Assembly (NCBI GenBank): GCA_945834965.1
Contig: CAMAHZ010000001.1
Span: 1 to 31,256 of the forward strand
From: an uncultured Clostridia bacterium
Lineage (GTDB): Bacteria > Bacillota > Clostridia > Christensenellales > Borkfalkiaceae
Reading direction: 5' to 3'
Length of the DNA: 31,256 nucleotides
The notes under the pieces were generated by a model. It was not told the origin of the DNA. It ran no database searches and was given only the letters and a program-made list of their open reading frames with translations. Positions 28,347 through 31,256 of the stretch are shown here, piece after piece (within the stretch, counting starts at the first letter, position 1; every line of letters begins with the position of its first letter). Both the position numbers and the translations under genes were made by a program.

Positions 28347-30596
28347 ATGAAAAAAGTTTTTAATAAAACCTTTGCGGCTATAATGCTTGCAATAGCAATG
28401 GTGCTTGCGCTGTTCGGCGGACTGTTTTTCGCCGGTCACGGCGAAGTTGCCAGCGCTGAAGGCAAGGACGTAACCGTAAAAATCGAAGCTAATACTAAGA
28501 CCTTTTCTAAAGGTACAACGTTTAACGTTACGGTAACTGTAAACTCAACGATAGCTAATGCAATTTTCGATACGGTTACGTTAAACTTAGGCCCCGTAAA
28601 CTCATCAAAAGACGGGTTCTTAGAAGATAAATGTAATATGTTGACGTTTGTTCCTAATAACTCGAGAGTGGTTTTTAAAAAGAGTTCTAACATTTCGTCA
28701 TCGGCTAGCTTTGCAGATAACAGTAAAGCGTATACGACGGGGTACGCCACAAACGGCTTTGCTATGATATCAATAGCAAACACCAGCGGTACTGCATTAG
28801 CTTGTACGGAAGATATTACCTTTACGTTTGGTTTAACGATAGGTTCTGACGTTGCCGATGGTACCGAATTTGAAATAAGCGTATTGCAGACGGGAAACGT
28901 AAACTCGTACTCTTATATGCCTAACGGTGCTTCGGAAAGTACGATTATTAACACGAGCGATAGTGCTAAATTCGAGGTTCAACCCCTTAAATTTACCGTT
29001 AGAGAGCCTAAAAGCGATAACAACTTAAGCTCTATAAAAGTTGGTCAAGGTGAGACAGAGGCGGAATTAGAAACTTTAGACACCAGCTCGACCAGCCTTG
29101 CAATAACCGTTAAAGACCCTTTAAAGCCCATATCCATTTTACCTACGGCTTCGGACGCGGAAGGTGCAACAATTAAAGTAAAAAAGACGACCGATTCCAC
29201 TGATACGGGTAAGGAAGTAAAGTCAGGCGAGAAAAATGATTTCGAAATTCCTGCCGACGGTAAGCTTACCATAGTCGTTATAGCTGAAGACGGAACGGAA
29301 AAGGAATATAATTTGACGGTTACTGTGGTAGGCGCAACGCTTACCGCACTTACCGCAAAGTCGGATACTAAAGTTACGGGCGTAACCGAAGGCGTAAAGG
29401 AAACGTTCGATTCCAAAACGCTTGCATACACCGTAATAGTACCCAGCGATGCAACTAAGGTCGCAATAACCGCAACCGTCTCAACGGGCAACAGCGCAAG
29501 TACAACTATGGCGCTCTCCAAGACGGGTAGTTGTACAATTCCTTCCACCGCAACCAGCGGAACGGCGTTCGACGTAACGGGCGTAGCAGACGGCGACACC
29601 TTAACGATTAAGGCGCAGGCGGATAACGGTGCGGGTACTAAGTCCGAAACTGCTTACGTTGTAACCTTCGACGTCAAGGACGTAGACGTGGCGATTACTC
29701 TTACCGTAGTCGGCAAAACGACGAATAAGACCTTCGCAAACGACGCAACTAAGGCAACCGATAAGGGCGTTGATTATTTCTATCTCGTTACAGGTGAAAC
29801 TAACGCGGCGTCCGACGTAACTATTACGTTCCCTACTACAGCAACTAAAGTTACTTTGGATAGCGTTGCGTATACGGCTTCTAAAACTCTTGCCGCAGGC
29901 GAACATACCGTATTCGTTACGGCAGAAGCAGGAAATACCAAGGAATACAAATTTATATTAAAGGCATACACGGCTCTCCAGTTAAAATCCGGCGTTGTTG
30001 CAGACTTTATGTATGAAGAAGTTACTACGGCAAACGCTTATCGCAGAACATATAAAGAAAAGGGCTTAACTCACGGCAAGGACGACCTTGATTTCACAAG
30101 ATTTGTAATCGGTCAGATTGCTACCGCTACGCCCGTAAACGTTTTCATTACCAACTTTGAAACGAGCGTTGCAAACAGCATAAAGCTTTATAAAGCGGAC
30201 GGAACGCTTATATACAATTTGGGTAGCCCTGCCGACGGCTTCACTTCAGCCGACTTGAACAATGACGATATGGGTATAGGAACGGGTTGGAAACTTGAAT
30301 ACATAGTAGACGGCGACGTTGAAGAAACAGTTTATCTTTCCGTACTCGGTGATTTGGACGGCAACGGCTATTCAAATGCGTTGGATATAACTTTCCTTGG
30401 TAATATTATCAAGGGCGTAGACGCAAACATGCAGAAATTCAACAACAACGTTGAAACCAGACTTGCCGCATATATTTCTAACACGGCGAGCTATTATGCC
30501 GGACAACCCAGAATTACGGCGGTTGAAATCCCTTACGTAAGCCGTCATATCAGGTTGGAAACTCTGTTGACGACAAGATTCTATACCGGTTCATAA
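28347..30596 (+). CDS. Secreted cohesin-like / cadherin-like x3 / X-dockerin protein (putative adaptor scaffold), 749 aa
   Basis: RBS GGAGGTG (28337-28343) before ATG 28347; the track's GTG start at 28341 lies within the RBS. Signal peptide ends ...EVASA|E (28347-28457). Cohesin-like 'VKIEANTKTFSKGTTFNVTVTV...FTFGLTIGSDVADGTEFEISV' (~28458-29010). Cadherin-like beta-sandwich motifs 'DNNLSSIKV', 'FDSKTLAYTVIVPSDATKVAITAT' and 'AEDGTEKEY/AEAGNTKEY'. C-terminal GDLDGNGYSNALDI. Confidence 0.85.
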   Translation: MKKVFNKTFAAIMLAIAMVLALFGGLFFAGHGEVASAEGKDVTVKIEANTKTFSKGTTFNVTVTVNSTIANAIFDTVTLNLGPVNSSKDGFLEDKCNMLTFVPNNSRVVFKKSSNISSSASFADNSKAYTTGYATNGFAMISIANTSGTALACTEDITFTFGLTIGSDVADGTEFEISVLQTGNVNSYSYMPNGASESTIINTSDSAKFEVQPLKFTVREPKSDNNLSSIKVGQGETEAELETLDTSSTSLAITVKDPLKPISILPTASDAEGATIKVKKTTDSTDTGKEVKSGEKNDFEIPADGKLTIVVIAEDGTEKEYNLTVTVVGATLTALTAKSDTKVTGVTEGVKETFDSKTLAYTVIVPSDATKVAITATVSTGNSASTTMALSKTGSCTIPSTATSGTAFDVTGVADGDTLTIKAQADNGAGTKSETAYVVTFDVKDVDVAITLTVVGKTTNKTFANDATKATDKGVDYFYLVTGETNAASDVTITFPTTATKVTLDSVAYTASKTLAAGEHTVFVTAEAGNTKEYKFILKAYTALQLKSGVVADFMYEEVTTANAYRRTYKEKGLTHGKDDLDFTRFVIGQIATATPVNVFITNFETSVANSIKLYKADGTLIYNLGSPADGFTSADLNNDDMGIGTGWKLEYIVDGDVEETVYLSVLGDLDGNGYSNALDITFLGNIIKGVDANMQKFNNNVETRLAAYISNTASYYAGQPRITAVEIPYVSRHIRLETLLTTRFYTGS

Positions 30597-30631
30597 ATTT
30601 AGGATATTAATAGATTACTATATCAGCCAAC

Positions 30632-30670
30632 TTGCTTTGCCCGTCGGCGTTCGCCGACGGGGCAAAGCAA
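30632..30670 (+). other. Long GC-rich intergenic stem-loop without a U-tract (RNA stabiliser/processing site or atypical terminator)
   Basis: TTGCTTTGCCCGTCGGC-GTTC-GCCGACGG(G)GCAAAGCAA: 17-bp stem with one bulged G. It is followed by ATGTG, and there is no T-run on either strand. Confidence 0.7.
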
Positions 30671-30710
30671 ATGTGTTTAATTGAACGAATAAGAGAGGAT
30701 ATGTCCGCTT

Positions 30711-31256
30711 ATGAATAAATCGAAAAAAGTAATAGCGGTGGTGGTAACCGTCGTTATGGCGTTATTGCTTACCGCTATGGTTCTGTTACTTTGCATATTA
30801 CCTAATAAAAATAATAATACTGCCGGCTCAGACGACGGTACTACTCAAACTCCGGGAGATGGTACGGGAAATAACGGCGGCTCTTCGGATAATAACGAAG
30901 GAAACTCCGGTTCGGATAACTCTGGTTCAACGGGTAATCCGTCCGATTCACAAAACCCTGCCGAAGAGTTTACGTATATTACGCCTTCTGCAATAACGCT
31001 CACGTCGGATAAAACCGAGCTTACGGCAGGCGATACGTTCACTATTTCAGTAGAGATATTTACCGATAGAACTGATTTGTACTGGCAGGCTATCGACGTC
31101 GTTATAGGTCCTATGACCGACGAAACGACGGTATCAACCGAAATTTCTAACAAATTTGAGTTGGTTGATTATACGATAAACGATAAATTTTCGAGCAGAA
31201 GCGCTTGGGATAATAACACCAATGATAAGTTTAATAGCACCGTAGATATAAACGGT
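30711..31256 (+). CDS. 3'-truncated membrane-anchored protein: N-terminal TM, Gly/Ser/Asn/Asp linker, cohesin-like domain (missing from the ORF track)
   Basis: RBS GAGAGGA (30693-30699), ATG 30711, open to the window end (182 codons): MNKSKKVIAVVVTVVMALLLTAMVLLLCILPNKNNNTAGSDDGTTQTPGDGTGNNGGSSDNNEGNSGSDNSGSTGNPSDSQNPAEEFTYITPSAITLTSDKTELTAGDTFTISVEIFTDRTDLYWQAIDVVIGPMTDETT... The domain aligns with the ORF3 N-terminal domain. Confidence 0.85.
   Translation, partial: MNKSKKVIAVVVTVVMALLLTAMVLLLCILPNKNNNTAGSDDGTTQTPGDGTGNNGGSSDNNEGNSGSDNSGSTGNPSDSQNPAEEFTYITPSAITLTSDKTELTAGDTFTISVEIFTDRTDLYWQAIDVVIGPMTDETTVSTEISNKFELVDYTINDKFSSRSAWDNNTNDKFNSTVDING

Noticed and set aside
30701-30718. Mini-ORF MSAYE* overlapping the ORF4 start
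   Set aside because: Its ATG is only 1 nt after the SD, too close for initiation. ATG 30711 fits better.
562-31153. Dozens of 60-210 aa minus-strand and off-frame ORFs in the track
   Set aside because: Nearly all lie within the long + strand genes and lack an RBS or family motifs. They are expected shadows of the strong RNY codon bias (ggc/aac/gac/acc) of repetitive Gly/Asn/Thr-rich proteins.
1-31256. Mobile element, prophage, tRNA/rRNA genes
   Set aside because: No transposase, integrase, terminal repeats, phage genes, cloverleaf or rRNA signatures were recognised.

Overview
This window is a cluster of four co-directional (+ strand) surface-protein genes, probably from a Gram-positive anaerobe (inferred from sigmaA-type promoters, AGGAGG-type RBSs and cohesin/dockerin-like modules). 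(1) The 3' part of a large Ig/MBG-repeat membrane protein with a C-terminal TM helix and a ~190-aa cytoplasmic tail, followed by an intrinsic terminator. (2) A 24.1-kb gene (3974-28111, 8045 aa from the RBS-supported start) for a giant secreted adhesin-like protein: 14 beta-helix-type modules that alternate short/long, a stalk of ~34 Ig/MBG-like domains, and a C-terminal X-module plus dockerin-like domain. It has no recognisable catalytic domain, LPxTG, SLH or C-terminal TM. (3) A 749-aa secreted protein with an N-terminal cohesin-like domain, three cadherin-like sandwiches and a paralogous X-dockerin module. (4) The 5' part of an N-terminally membrane-anchored protein with a flexible linker and a paralogous cohesin-like domain. 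The leading hypothesis is a non-cellulosomal cohesin-dockerin system that displays a giant adhesin, with GC-rich structured leaders and stem-loops as possible regulators. All domain names come from motif recognition by eye; no database search or folding computation was run.
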